A model generated the notes under the pieces. It was not told the DNA's origin, ran no database searches, and saw only the letters and a program-made list of their open reading frames with translations. Source: Omnitrophica WOR_2 bacterium GWF2_43_52 (lineage in GTDB: Bacteria; Omnitrophota; Gorgyraeia; Gygaellales; UBA12090). Taken from it: a DNA stretch of 64,000 nucleotides. Location of the stretch: NCBI GenBank assembly GCA_001805445.1, contig MHGF01000023.1:18859-82858 (forward strand). Reading direction: 5' to 3'. This document shows, piece by piece, positions 37,894 to 46,824 of the stretch. Both the position numbers and the translations under genes were made by a program. Position 1 is the first letter of the stretch, and every line of letters begins with the position of its first letter.

Positions 37894-37928
37894 AAGAATC
37901 CTGCAGGCATTCTGCGGGATTTTTTTAT
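37894..37928 (+). terminator. Intrinsic terminator, riboswitch expression platform
   Basis: aatcctgcag/ctgcgggatt stem plus T-run immediately 3' of the aptamer. Confidence 0.8.
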
Positions 37929-37935
37929 GGAGTAT

Positions 37936-37987
37936 TCAATGCCAGGCATAAACAAAGGTTTTTTCATCTGACTATGCCTGGCATTGA
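37936..37987. mobile_element. MITE-like family C, minimal 52-bp form
   Basis: tcaatgccaggcata...tatgcctggcattga; interior is the reverse complement of the flanks of 17692-17872. Confidence 0.8.
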
Positions 37988-38012
37988 AAAAGCTTTGACA
38001 AGGAGGATAAAA

Positions 38013-40457
38013 ATGGATTCCTACAAAAATAAAAATAACAAAGGTGTGGCATTAATTATGGCTTTGGGGGTTTCCAGTGTTTTGCTTACCTTGAGTATGG
38101 CCTATGTGGGCGGGGCTATACAGGAGAGTAATCTCAGCCAGCGTTATCAGGATTCTATGACTGCGCTTTATGAGGCAGAGCGGGGGTTAGCCTATGCCTT
38201 CGGTGAGGCGCAAAATGCGGGGTATGACTGGTTTACCCATGATGTAGATAGCAATGATGCCAATAGGAATGGCGATACCACGGAATTCATAAGGCCAGCC
38301 AACTCTCCTGGAGTAACATTAGGAGATGTTAGGGATAATCAGGGAATAGTAATCAATAGTGCAGGTAATTACCAGATACCCTTAGGAGGGGCTTCTCTTA
38401 TTCAGGTGCGCAGTTACACCAATCCTAATGATACAAACCAGATGTTTCTTATGGCTCAAGCTACCGTAGGCTCTGCCAGCCGTACCTTAAAGACCAAGAT
38501 TATCCGCAGGCCGCTATTCAAATATTTTTATTACTATCCTGGGTGGAAATATTTTGAAGGCAGTGATTTTGACGGAGAAGGAATAGGCGGTGTCTATGTC
38601 AAAGATGGTATAACCTTACGCAATGTAAATTTTAAAAACATAACTGAATTAGCCACCGGTCCTAACGGATATATCGTAGCGGCAAGTGATCAATATACCT
38701 CTCCTAAAGGAGTAGATTGGTTCATAGGGGGGATTAACGGAAAAGCGCCTTTACCCTCTAAGTATGACAGCAGTGGGCAACTTGTTTGGGATGACGGATA
38801 TAACGGCAATAACCCTTGGGGGCAGTGGAGGTGGCCGCCTCAGTACTCCTTTCCGTGGGACTGGAGGCGCGTCTATGACCATTTTTTTAATCCAGGAACG
38901 GTTAACAAGGTTACTCTCCCTACTAAGGATGATGCAGTGAATAATTTATGGCCAGAGTGGCAGTGGAATAAATATCCGCAGAGTGATAATTCCGAAGTAC
39001 CGGTACAGTTTTGTAACCCTTGCGGGGAGCGCGATATTAACGGAGATGGAGTGAAGGATACAGTCTATGCCACTCCCCAGTATTGGGCGGCGTTTTCAGA
39101 AGCAAGATGCGGTGCGGGGAAAACAAATAACGAGTGCGGCCTCATTGACCCGGATTTCTGGAGGGATAAGATTTATGACCGCCAGACTCCGACCGAAATG
39201 GTAAGGTATCTTCATACCAAAAAGCAGGCAGGGGCATGGCAGGGGTGGGTTAATAGCGCTACCATTCCTTTAGGACAAGACCAGTATAACGAAGGCCAGC
39301 CTTTGTCTTCAGTGGTAAAAGAGGGACAAACCGGCGGCTATGATATTGAAATGCCTAAGATTGATCAAAACTATGCCGGGCTGGCGAAAAAGGACGGCCT
39401 CTATATCGGTGAGGATGGGGTGTATCTTAACGGAAGCCCGGACTCTTTGCCATCCTGCATAAGAGATAATGTAGAATTTTTTAATACGCTCCGTCCGCAG
39501 GATAGAAACGGGGATGGCACCCTTGACCCGGAAAATGTCTTAGAGATTAATATTGAGCAATGCCGGACGACAAGGGAGGTGCCGAATAACGGCATTATCT
39601 ATGTTGCCCACAAGAATCTCCGGTTAACCAATGCCAAACAAATGCCGGATAATGGCCTGACAGTGGCCTCTCCTTATAATATCTATATAAAGGGTAATTA
39701 TAACTATGATCCTTCCAATGACCCGGATACGAATGATCGCAACTGGCGCCCGTCTGCGGTTATCAGCAATAGTTATGTCTATATTCTTTCCGGCAACTTT
39801 ACCGACCCTCAGGCTCTGCCTGATTACGTCGTTCCCCGTGAATATCCGTATGAAACAACCAGGATTGCTAGTAACATTGATTATAATAATGCAACCCAAA
39901 GAGCGACTTTGCAAAATAAGGTACAAACTTATTTTGGGTTACCTAATTTTACTATGGCAGGAGTGAACAGCAAAACTGGGCTGGAGAGTAAGATTCGCAG
40001 CCAGCATGCAAGCGAATGTAGCAATACCATGCCTAATATAGCCAGCCCTACTACGGTAAGAAGCGCTATTGTGTCTCCCAAAGATATGACTGGGGTAAGC
40101 TGGGATGAAAACAAGTTTTATCAGCTGGAGCGCTGGCCTACCAATCCGGTGCTAAGAGGCGCGTTTATTCTTTTGGGAGAAAGCTGGGTAAAGGATAACG
40201 AGGGTAATGATATACAGGATATCCCTATTTATGGTTATGACTGGCAAGGCGTTCCTATTAATACCCCCCGGAGTGTACGCAGAGGCACAGGCGGCAGTGC
40301 GACTATTGACAAGGGAGAGGATGTAATGTGGATCAATACGCCGGGCTCCAAGTTAAAATACGAATACTTGTTTGACACTGATACTATGCCTCCCGGGAAT
40401 CTTGCCGGTGGCACGGAAGCCGGCTGGCAGGAGGTTAGCGATTTCAATCATTCCTAG
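38013..40457 (+). CDS. Large PilX-like pilin-signal protein, paralog 1 (putative tip adhesin)
   Basis: AGGAGG RBS; NKG|VALIMAL prepilin signal without Glu5, 'ALYEAERG'; several Dx[DN]xDG loops. Confidence 0.8.
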   Translation: MDSYKNKNNKGVALIMALGVSSVLLTLSMAYVGGAIQESNLSQRYQDSMTALYEAERGLAYAFGEAQNAGYDWFTHDVDSNDANRNGDTTEFIRPANSPGVTLGDVRDNQGIVINSAGNYQIPLGGASLIQVRSYTNPNDTNQMFLMAQATVGSASRTLKTKIIRRPLFKYFYYYPGWKYFEGSDFDGEGIGGVYVKDGITLRNVNFKNITELATGPNGYIVAASDQYTSPKGVDWFIGGINGKAPLPSKYDSSGQLVWDDGYNGNNPWGQWRWPPQYSFPWDWRRVYDHFFNPGTVNKVTLPTKDDAVNNLWPEWQWNKYPQSDNSEVPVQFCNPCGERDINGDGVKDTVYATPQYWAAFSEARCGAGKTNNECGLIDPDFWRDKIYDRQTPTEMVRYLHTKKQAGAWQGWVNSATIPLGQDQYNEGQPLSSVVKEGQTGGYDIEMPKIDQNYAGLAKKDGLYIGEDGVYLNGSPDSLPSCIRDNVEFFNTLRPQDRNGDGTLDPENVLEINIEQCRTTREVPNNGIIYVAHKNLRLTNAKQMPDNGLTVASPYNIYIKGNYNYDPSNDPDTNDRNWRPSAVISNSYVYILSGNFTDPQALPDYVVPREYPYETTRIASNIDYNNATQRATLQNKVQTYFGLPNFTMAGVNSKTGLESKIRSQHASECSNTMPNIASPTTVRSAIVSPKDMTGVSWDENKFYQLERWPTNPVLRGAFILLGESWVKDNEGNDIQDIPIYGYDWQGVPINTPRSVRRGTGGSATIDKGEDVMWINTPGSKLKYEYLFDTDTMPPGNLAGGTEAGWQEVSDFNHS

Positions 40458-40489
40458 AGCAAAAGCTCATTAAAGAAAGGATGGGTACT

Positions 40490-42892
40490 ATGTCTTCCTA
40501 CAAAAATAAAAATAATAAAGGCGTGGCATTGATTCTGGCGCTGGGGGTTTCCAGTGTTTTGCTTACCCTGGGCATGGCCTATGTGGGCGGAGCAATACAG
40601 GAGAGCAATCTCAGCCAGCGCTATCAGGATTCCATGGCTAGTTTATACGAGGCAGAGCGGGGAGTTCAGTATGCGGTACTTGAGGCCAGGAATTCCGGAT
40701 GGCAGTTTTTAACCCATAATGTTAATCCTGATAGGACATTGGCTCGGCAAACCGGCCCGGCCCTTATCCCGATAATCATCAGTGACGCGCAAAGGACCGT
40801 TGGTTTCGAAGCTGACGGAGATTATAGTATTGTGAGCCCTGCCTCAAGGATAGAAGTAAGGACGTATATTGACGCTGTACTAGATCCGCAGGATATCTTT
40901 GTTTTAGCCCGCAGCACCTCTTTGGCTACGAGCACCCAGAAAATAATCAAACTGCGCGTAGGTGCCAACTCGCTGTATCAGTATCAAATGTTTACTCCGG
41001 GAAGCATGGAATTGCGCTCAATTGACGGCAGAGGTATAGGCATGATACATGCTAATGGAAATATCCAGTGGCAGACGAATGGAAATGCCCGAAATTTGGA
41101 GAGTGTTGACTGCGCTGGCTTTATGCGCTATAGTTACAGTTACCGTGTCCCTGCATACCTCTTAGACGGTTTAGACGGAATTATGGATGGGAACGCCCCC
41201 TTGCCAAATGGGTCTTCTACTTACAGGGAGTGGAACCTTAACGATTATAATACGTGGTATAGCGGCTTAACTGCTGCTCAACAAACTCAGGCTGTAGCTC
41301 CTCCTACAGTACCGTATAATACTCCCTCTAATGTCAATAATTTCCCCTGGCTAAAATTAAACTGGTGGTATAATAGCAACCAAAATTACAGCTGGCACCC
41401 GTCATGGGCTTCAATACAAGGTGATTTTGCCTCTGCTTCACTTCAGCAGAATTCCGGCGTATCGTATAACTGGAACGAAGCGGTGGATACTTCAAATTCA
41501 GGCGGGTTAAGCCCCCATTATAATTGGAGTTTTGGTTCAGTTGCCAGTTACCCTATATTCTATAATACACTGGGCAGTAATTTTGATACCTATAATGGCA
41601 TCGGTAATTATGATTATACAAATTTTCGCAATCAAAGTGTCGATAACAGTAGAGTTGATTCATTATTTGGCTCCGGTATGCGTATCAATGGCGTTCAAAT
41701 CCCCTTTAGGTTAACAGGAGGCGACTCCTACCAATTTGACCCCTTTTATAAAGATCCTGTGGTAGACGCTCCGCGTACTGTCAGGTACGCGAACACAGAA
41801 CTACTGCCTAATAATTGGAGTACTTTTTCAAATGGGGCAACTATCCCGAATAATTTTATGGGAGATCCGCAGCCGCACGCGCTCGAGCCTTTAAGCGCGA
41901 TACTCAAAGATAGAAATAACGGAGGCAAGTATATTGACCCGGTTCCTGTTGATTCGGCTTATTTTAGCTCTTTGGCGGCGACAGGCGGGATAGTGATTCG
42001 CTGCGATGGCACTATTACTAATCGCGCGGATATCCCCTTGGGAGTTATCAGTACTTCCAGTTTTATCAATCATATTCATCCTTCCCTGGTGGGTGGGGTT
42101 CCGCAGCCAGACCAGGTAGTCAATGTTGATATAGGAACACTCAAGAATTGGGCAGCGGCTAATAACTTTAACGGGGTAATCTATTTTGATGGAAGCTCTT
42201 GCAGCGGCAGCAGCGGCATCCGCCTGAAGAATGCTAAAGAACTACCCGACCAGACAGCCACTAACACCAGCGGCGGCCTTAGCGTTTATTCCACGCGCCA
42301 GGTATATCTGCAGGGCGATTTTAATTATGACAGCACCAGGAGTGATTCATATAACGAGGATATCTGGCAGCCGGGAAGTGTGATTGCCACCAGCAGGGTG
42401 TATTATCTTTCTGATGGTTTTAGTGACCCGCAAACCTTGCCCACGCTGGTGCATAATAGGAATTGGCCTCAGATTACTGATGCTCCTAGCGCATTAATGT
42501 ATTGGACTAATAATGTGGGAAACATGCCTAATGAGGCAGCCCCTGAAGCAGGGAGCCAGAGTACCGTTACCTATCGCGCGTCTATTGTTTCTACAGATAG
42601 TTTATGGCAGGATAATATCCTTGAGCGCTGGAGAAACGGGCGAACCGGCCCGGATTATAGGCGCAGGATTATTGGCGCTCAGGTAGCGATAAATGGAACC
42701 AATAATGTTGTTTCTTCTTGGAATCGCGGGCGTTCCTGGGGAGGCCCCGCGCCTTTTCTTACCAGTTCTTATGATGGGGGCGCAACAACTTTTGAATATG
42801 ACCCTATGTTATTACAGCGAACCCCCCCGGGTGATTTCCTAGCTGGTTTTGAGGCTTCATGGCAGGAGGTGTCTGACTTTGATAACGCGTGA
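40490..42892 (+). CDS. Large PilX-like pilin-signal protein, paralog 2 (putative tip adhesin)
   Basis: NKG|VALILAL, 'SLYEAERG'; shares the N-terminus and C-terminal PPG...EA.WQEVSDF with paralog 1; alternative start at 40481. Confidence 0.8.
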   Translation: MSSYKNKNNKGVALILALGVSSVLLTLGMAYVGGAIQESNLSQRYQDSMASLYEAERGVQYAVLEARNSGWQFLTHNVNPDRTLARQTGPALIPIIISDAQRTVGFEADGDYSIVSPASRIEVRTYIDAVLDPQDIFVLARSTSLATSTQKIIKLRVGANSLYQYQMFTPGSMELRSIDGRGIGMIHANGNIQWQTNGNARNLESVDCAGFMRYSYSYRVPAYLLDGLDGIMDGNAPLPNGSSTYREWNLNDYNTWYSGLTAAQQTQAVAPPTVPYNTPSNVNNFPWLKLNWWYNSNQNYSWHPSWASIQGDFASASLQQNSGVSYNWNEAVDTSNSGGLSPHYNWSFGSVASYPIFYNTLGSNFDTYNGIGNYDYTNFRNQSVDNSRVDSLFGSGMRINGVQIPFRLTGGDSYQFDPFYKDPVVDAPRTVRYANTELLPNNWSTFSNGATIPNNFMGDPQPHALEPLSAILKDRNNGGKYIDPVPVDSAYFSSLAATGGIVIRCDGTITNRADIPLGVISTSSFINHIHPSLVGGVPQPDQVVNVDIGTLKNWAAANNFNGVIYFDGSSCSGSSGIRLKNAKELPDQTATNTSGGLSVYSTRQVYLQGDFNYDSTRSDSYNEDIWQPGSVIATSRVYYLSDGFSDPQTLPTLVHNRNWPQITDAPSALMYWTNNVGNMPNEAAPEAGSQSTVTYRASIVSTDSLWQDNILERWRNGRTGPDYRRRIIGAQVAINGTNNVVSSWNRGRSWGGPAPFLTSSYDGGATTFEYDPMLLQRTPPGDFLAGFEASWQEVSDFDNA

Positions 42893-42899
42893 TAAAGAT

Positions 42900-43225
42900 A
42901 ATGCCAGGCATACACAAGCAGTGCTCTGTCAAATTATATTTTAACTGCAGCTCTTTAGCTGATTAGCTAATGAGCTAAACAGCCGATGAATTCATTAGCT
43001 TGAACTAACGAACCTGCGAACTATTAACAATTAAGTTAGTTACTGCTGAAAAACCTTTATTTTGCACGAATAGGCACAAATTACACACAAATACACACGA
43101 ATTACTTCGCCGCTGTATTCGTGATGATTAGTGTGTAATTCGTGGGAATTCGTGTTTAAAAGACGTTTATTCAGTGATAACTAAGTTAACAACAAATAGT
43201 ATACAAGTTGTCTATGCCTGGCATT
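42900..43225. mobile_element. Triple-nested MITE: family C containing family A (reverse) containing family B (43038-43182, reverse)
   Basis: Outer aatgccaggcata/tatgcctggcatt; A-like 42920-43037; B flanked by aagtt duplication. Confidence 0.8.
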
Positions 43226-43317
43226 TCCTAAGATATCCCCTTTTTGCACTAAAAACATCTTGACATTTTGACATTATGATGTTATGCTCCTATTGAAAAG
43301 TAAGGGAGGGATGACGT

Positions 43318-43545
43318 ATGTTAACGAAACGTTCTACCGTATATTTTGATCCGGCTATCCACAGGGTTCTTAAGCTTATGGCTATTGAAACAGAACAGTC
43401 AATTTCTGATATTGTTAATGAGGCTATCCGTCATGAATTAGCTCAAGATCAGGAAGACCTTGCGGTATTCGCGAAAAGGGCAAAAGAGCCGAGCATGTCT
43501 TACGAGGCACTCTTAAAGAAATTAAAGGCCGATGGGAAGATATAG
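43318..43545 (+). CDS. RHH/CopG-type antitoxin
   Basis: KRSTVYFD...SISDIVNEAIR; overlaps the downstream toxin; GGAGG RBS. Confidence 0.8.
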   Translation: MLTKRSTVYFDPAIHRVLKLMAIETEQSISDIVNEAIRHELAQDQEDLAVFAKRAKEPSMSYEALLKKLKADGKI

Positions 43546-43795
43546 GCTCGAGATTAAGAAATCAGCTGTTAAGGAAATCGAACGCCTGCCTCGCAAGGAT
43601 ATGAAGGCAGTTCTTGGAAGAATAGAATCTCTTTCCGATAATCCTAGGCCGCGCGATTGCAAGAAATTATCAGCTCAAGAGAAGTATCGGGTTCGTTGCG
43701 GGAATTATCGAATACTTTATTCTATCGAGGATGATATTCTCATCGTTTTTGTCGTTAAGGTAGGGCATCGTAAAGATGTTTACCGGGGTAACTGA
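43532..43795 (+). CDS. RelE/ParE family toxin
   Basis: SAVKEI, NPRP...KKL, YRVRCGNYRILY, KVGHRKDVY. Confidence 0.92.
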   Translation: MGRYRLEIKKSAVKEIERLPRKDMKAVLGRIESLSDNPRPRDCKKLSAQEKYRVRCGNYRILYSIEDDILIVFVVKVGHRKDVYRGN

Positions 43796-44014
43796 CAGGA
43801 AAAATGGCGAAAAAAGAAAAAAAGGGGGGGGGGTAACACAAAAACATCCGCTTAATAAGCGGCGGTCAAAGAAAGTAAATAAATAGTATCGTTACCTTTC
43901 GCGCATTTCTTCGTAATCAAAAGAGCCGAGGACGCCCCTGTGAAGGAAGCCCGCCCATTTTAAACACGTGCCATAAGATTTTTCAGCGATAACCAAAATA
44001 ATCCTCTAAAGTTC

Positions 44015-44043
44015 TTGACGATTATAAGGCGCTCGTGTATACT
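44015..44043 (+). promoter_or_regulatory. Sigma70 promoter for rpsO-pnp
   Basis: TTGACG-17 nt-TATACT. Confidence 0.6.
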
Positions 44044-44139
44044 ATCTTCTCAGGCATTTTCTGTAAAGAGAGTAGCGGGAGTTTGTTTGCCTTTGGCATA
44101 GGTGAGAAAAAACAATGTTTTTGGTAAAAGAAAACAATA

Positions 44140-44275
44140 GTAACAGTTTAGCTCCTGGAAGTGTCCGTCGGTGTCATTGCGAGCCCCGAAGGGGCGAAGC
44201 AATCCTATAAAGAGACTGCTTCGTCGCTGCCGCTCCTCGCAGTGACACGAATGTTTCCGAGGGCTGAACTATTAC
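44140..44275. mobile_element. Family D palindromic element in the rpsO leader
   Basis: Ends gtaacagtttagc/gctgaactattac; core nearly identical to 17719-17830. Confidence 0.8.
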
Positions 44276-44308
44276 AAACAATAATGTTTTATAAGCGGAG
44301 GTGTTACG

Positions 44309-44578
44309 TTGGCAATTGAAAAGGTGAAAAAGGAAAGGTTGATTTCAGAGTATAAAGAGCATCCTCAGGATACAGGCTCAGCGGTAGTGCAGGTGGCATT
44401 GCTTACCGAGCGTATCAACCAGCTGGGGGAGCATTTTAAGACGCATAAAAAAGACCATCATTCCCGCCGGGGGCTTCTGACTATGGTAGGAAGAAGGCGC
44501 AAGCTCTTAAGCTACCTGAAGAAAGAAGACAATAAAAAATATCAAGAAACATTAGATAAACTTAGCTTGAGAAAATAA
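44309..44578 (+). CDS. rpsO: 30S ribosomal protein S15
   Basis: [25 protein letters not shown]; TTG start after GGAGG. Confidence 0.97.
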   Translation: MAIEKVKKERLISEYKEHPQDTGSAVVQVALLTERINQLGEHFKTHKKDHHSRRGLLTMVGRRRKLLSYLKKEDNKKYQETLDKLSLRK

Positions 44579-44673
44579 ACCCTTCGATTTAAGGCTATTC
44601 CTTAGGCGGTGCCCGTTTTTTGCATCACAAGAGGTTAGAATGTGGCGCTATCGAAGCATACAAAGGTGGAAAA

Positions 44674-46758
44674 ATGGAGTTAAAACAAGTTAGTATCAAA
44701 TGCGGCAGGCAGGATGTTCTTATAGAAACAGGCAAAATCGCCAAGCAGGCAAACGGCGCGGTAGTGGTAAGCTGCGGAGGTACGGTAGTTTTAGTTACTG
44801 CCTGTATGTCAAAGCGGACCAAGGAATCATTAGGATTTTTTCCTTTAACGGTAGAGTATCAGGAGAAAACCTATGCCGCCGGAAGAATTCCCGGAGGGTT
44901 TTTTAAACGCGAAGGCAGGCCTTCGGAAAGCGAAATCCTCGCCGCCCGCCTTATTGACCGGCCTATCCGGCCGCTTTTTTCTAAAGGGATAACCAACGAG
45001 GTTCAGGTTATTGCCATAGTTTTATCCAGCGACGGCGAAAATGACCCCGATGTCTTGGCGGTAAACGGCGCGTCGGCGGCGTTATCCATTTCCGATATAC
45101 CCTTTAACGGCCCCATAGGGGCAGTGAGGGTTGGTTATATTGACAATGGTTTTGTTATCAATCCGACCTATGCCGAAATAGCGAAAAGCTCTTTAGATTT
45201 GGTGGTTGCGGCCAACAAAAGCGGCGTGATGATGATTGAGAGTAAGCTTAAGGAAGTTCCCGAGGATCTGGTGCTTGAGGCACTACGCTTTGGTTTTACG
45301 AATATCCAGGGCATTATCCAGGCGCAGGATAATTTTGTAAAGCAGGTAGGCAAGGAAAAGGCGGTGCTTGAATATAAAAAGATTGATGAAAAGTTATATA
45401 CTACAGTCGAGTCTTTGGCAAAAGACAGGCTTTCAGAGATATGCCTTTTATCCGGTAAAGAGCAGCGCGAAGAAGCAGTAAGCATATTGGCAAAGGAATT
45501 AGATGAGAAGCTTACCGGAGAAGACTATGAGAGCCAGGATATCCGCGCAGCCTTAGAAGAAGTTGAAAAGCGCAGTGTCAGGAACTATATTTTAGAAAAA
45601 GGGGTGCGCGTTGATAACCGCGGCCCTTATGATATCCGGCCCATTACCTGTGAAATCGGAGTGCTTCCCCGGACCCACGGCTCAGGATTGTTTACCCGAG
45701 GACAGACCCAGAGTTTGGCAGTTACCACCTTAGGCTCAAGCGCTGATGAGCAGTTGGTTGAGGCCTTGGAAGGTGAAACCTCCAAGAGTTTTATGCTTCA
45801 CTATAGCTTTCCGCCTTTTTCAGTGGGTGAGACCGCGCCGCTTCGCGGCCCGGGCAGGCGTGAAATAGGCCACGGGGCATTGGCTGAGAAGGCGTTAGCG
45901 TTTGTGATGCCTTTAAAAGAGGAATTTCCTTATACGGTAAGGGTAGTTTCCGAGATATTAGAGTCCAACGGTTCCTCCAGCATGGCAACGGTCTGTGCCT
46001 CAACCTTATCCCTTATGGATGCCGGTGTGCCTATCAAAAAACCGGTTGCCGGTATTGCCATGGGATTAATTAAAGAAGGGCCTCGCAGTATTATCGTAAC
46101 CGATATAAGCGGCATTGAAGACCACTTCGGCGATATGGATTTTAAGGTTGCCGGCACCAGGGACGGGATTACGGCAATACAATTGGACTTGAAGACTGCC
46201 GGTATAGACCTCGCGTTGATTGCCACTATCATTAGCGATGCCAAGAACGCGCGCTTGATAGTGCTGGATAAGATGCAGCAGGCAATTACCCGGCCGCGCG
46301 AGGAATTATCCGCCTTCGCGCCAAGGATTACCATTTTAAAAATCAGCACCGATAAAATCGGCGAGTTGATCGGGCCCGGAGGAAAAAATATCAAGAAAAT
46401 CATCAGTACGACCGGGGCCTCTGTTGATATTGAGGATGATGGCTCGGTTTTCGTTGCTTCTAATGACTCTGTTGCCGCTCAAAAGGCAATCGATATGATC
46501 AAGGGCTTAACCGAGGCCCCGGAGGTAGGTAAAATCTATTCCGGTAAGATAAAGAGGATTATGGCCTTTGGAGCGTTTTGCGAGATTTTGCCTAATAAAG
46601 AAGGCTTGATACATGTTTCTGAATTGGCTGATAAGTTTGTCAAAAATGTTGAGGATGTCGTCAAGATCGGCGATGAGGTAAAGGTAAAAATCGTAGGTAT
46701 TGACGAATTAGGCAGAGTCAACCTGAGTATAAAGCAGGTTGTTGAAACTAAAGCATAA
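44674..46758 (+). CDS. pnp: Polyribonucleotide nucleotidyltransferase
   Basis: IPGGFFKREGRP, RREIGHG, ESNGSSSMA, GDMDFKVAG, KH and S1 domains. Confidence 0.98.
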   Translation: MELKQVSIKCGRQDVLIETGKIAKQANGAVVVSCGGTVVLVTACMSKRTKESLGFFPLTVEYQEKTYAAGRIPGGFFKREGRPSESEILAARLIDRPIRPLFSKGITNEVQVIAIVLSSDGENDPDVLAVNGASAALSISDIPFNGPIGAVRVGYIDNGFVINPTYAEIAKSSLDLVVAANKSGVMMIESKLKEVPEDLVLEALRFGFTNIQGIIQAQDNFVKQVGKEKAVLEYKKIDEKLYTTVESLAKDRLSEICLLSGKEQREEAVSILAKELDEKLTGEDYESQDIRAALEEVEKRSVRNYILEKGVRVDNRGPYDIRPITCEIGVLPRTHGSGLFTRGQTQSLAVTTLGSSADEQLVEALEGETSKSFMLHYSFPPFSVGETAPLRGPGRREIGHGALAEKALAFVMPLKEEFPYTVRVVSEILESNGSSSMATVCASTLSLMDAGVPIKKPVAGIAMGLIKEGPRSIIVTDISGIEDHFGDMDFKVAGTRDGITAIQLDLKTAGIDLALIATIISDAKNARLIVLDKMQQAITRPREELSAFAPRITILKISTDKIGELIGPGGKNIKKIISTTGASVDIEDDGSVFVASNDSVAAQKAIDMIKGLTEAPEVGKIYSGKIKRIMAFGAFCEILPNKEGLIHVSELADKFVKNVEDVVKIGDEVKVKIVGIDELGRVNLSIKQVVETKA

Positions 46759-46770
46759 ATTCCGTTATAT

Positions 46771-46802
46771 ACCCTATTTCAACCTACGAGGTTGAAATAG
46801 GG
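46771..46802. repeat. Near-perfect palindrome between pnp and ftsK
   Basis: ccctatttcaacct-acg-aggttgaaataggg. Confidence 0.6.
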
Positions 46803-46824
46803 GGTGACTTTTGGTACATCTTCA

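Noticed and set aside
37974-38012. N-terminal extension MPGIEKALTRRIK of pilX paralog 1
   Set aside because: That ATG lies in the family-C TIR; AGGAGG and paralog alignment support ATG 38013
38013-40665. Similar 5' ends of the two pilX genes as a DGR template/variable repeat pair
   Set aside because: Differences are mostly synonymous and involve all bases rather than adenines only; no reverse transcriptase in the window
43824-43833. Poly-G tracts (also 59354-59362) as phase-variation switches
   Set aside because: Both lie downstream of stop codons, not in a CDS or promoter spacer
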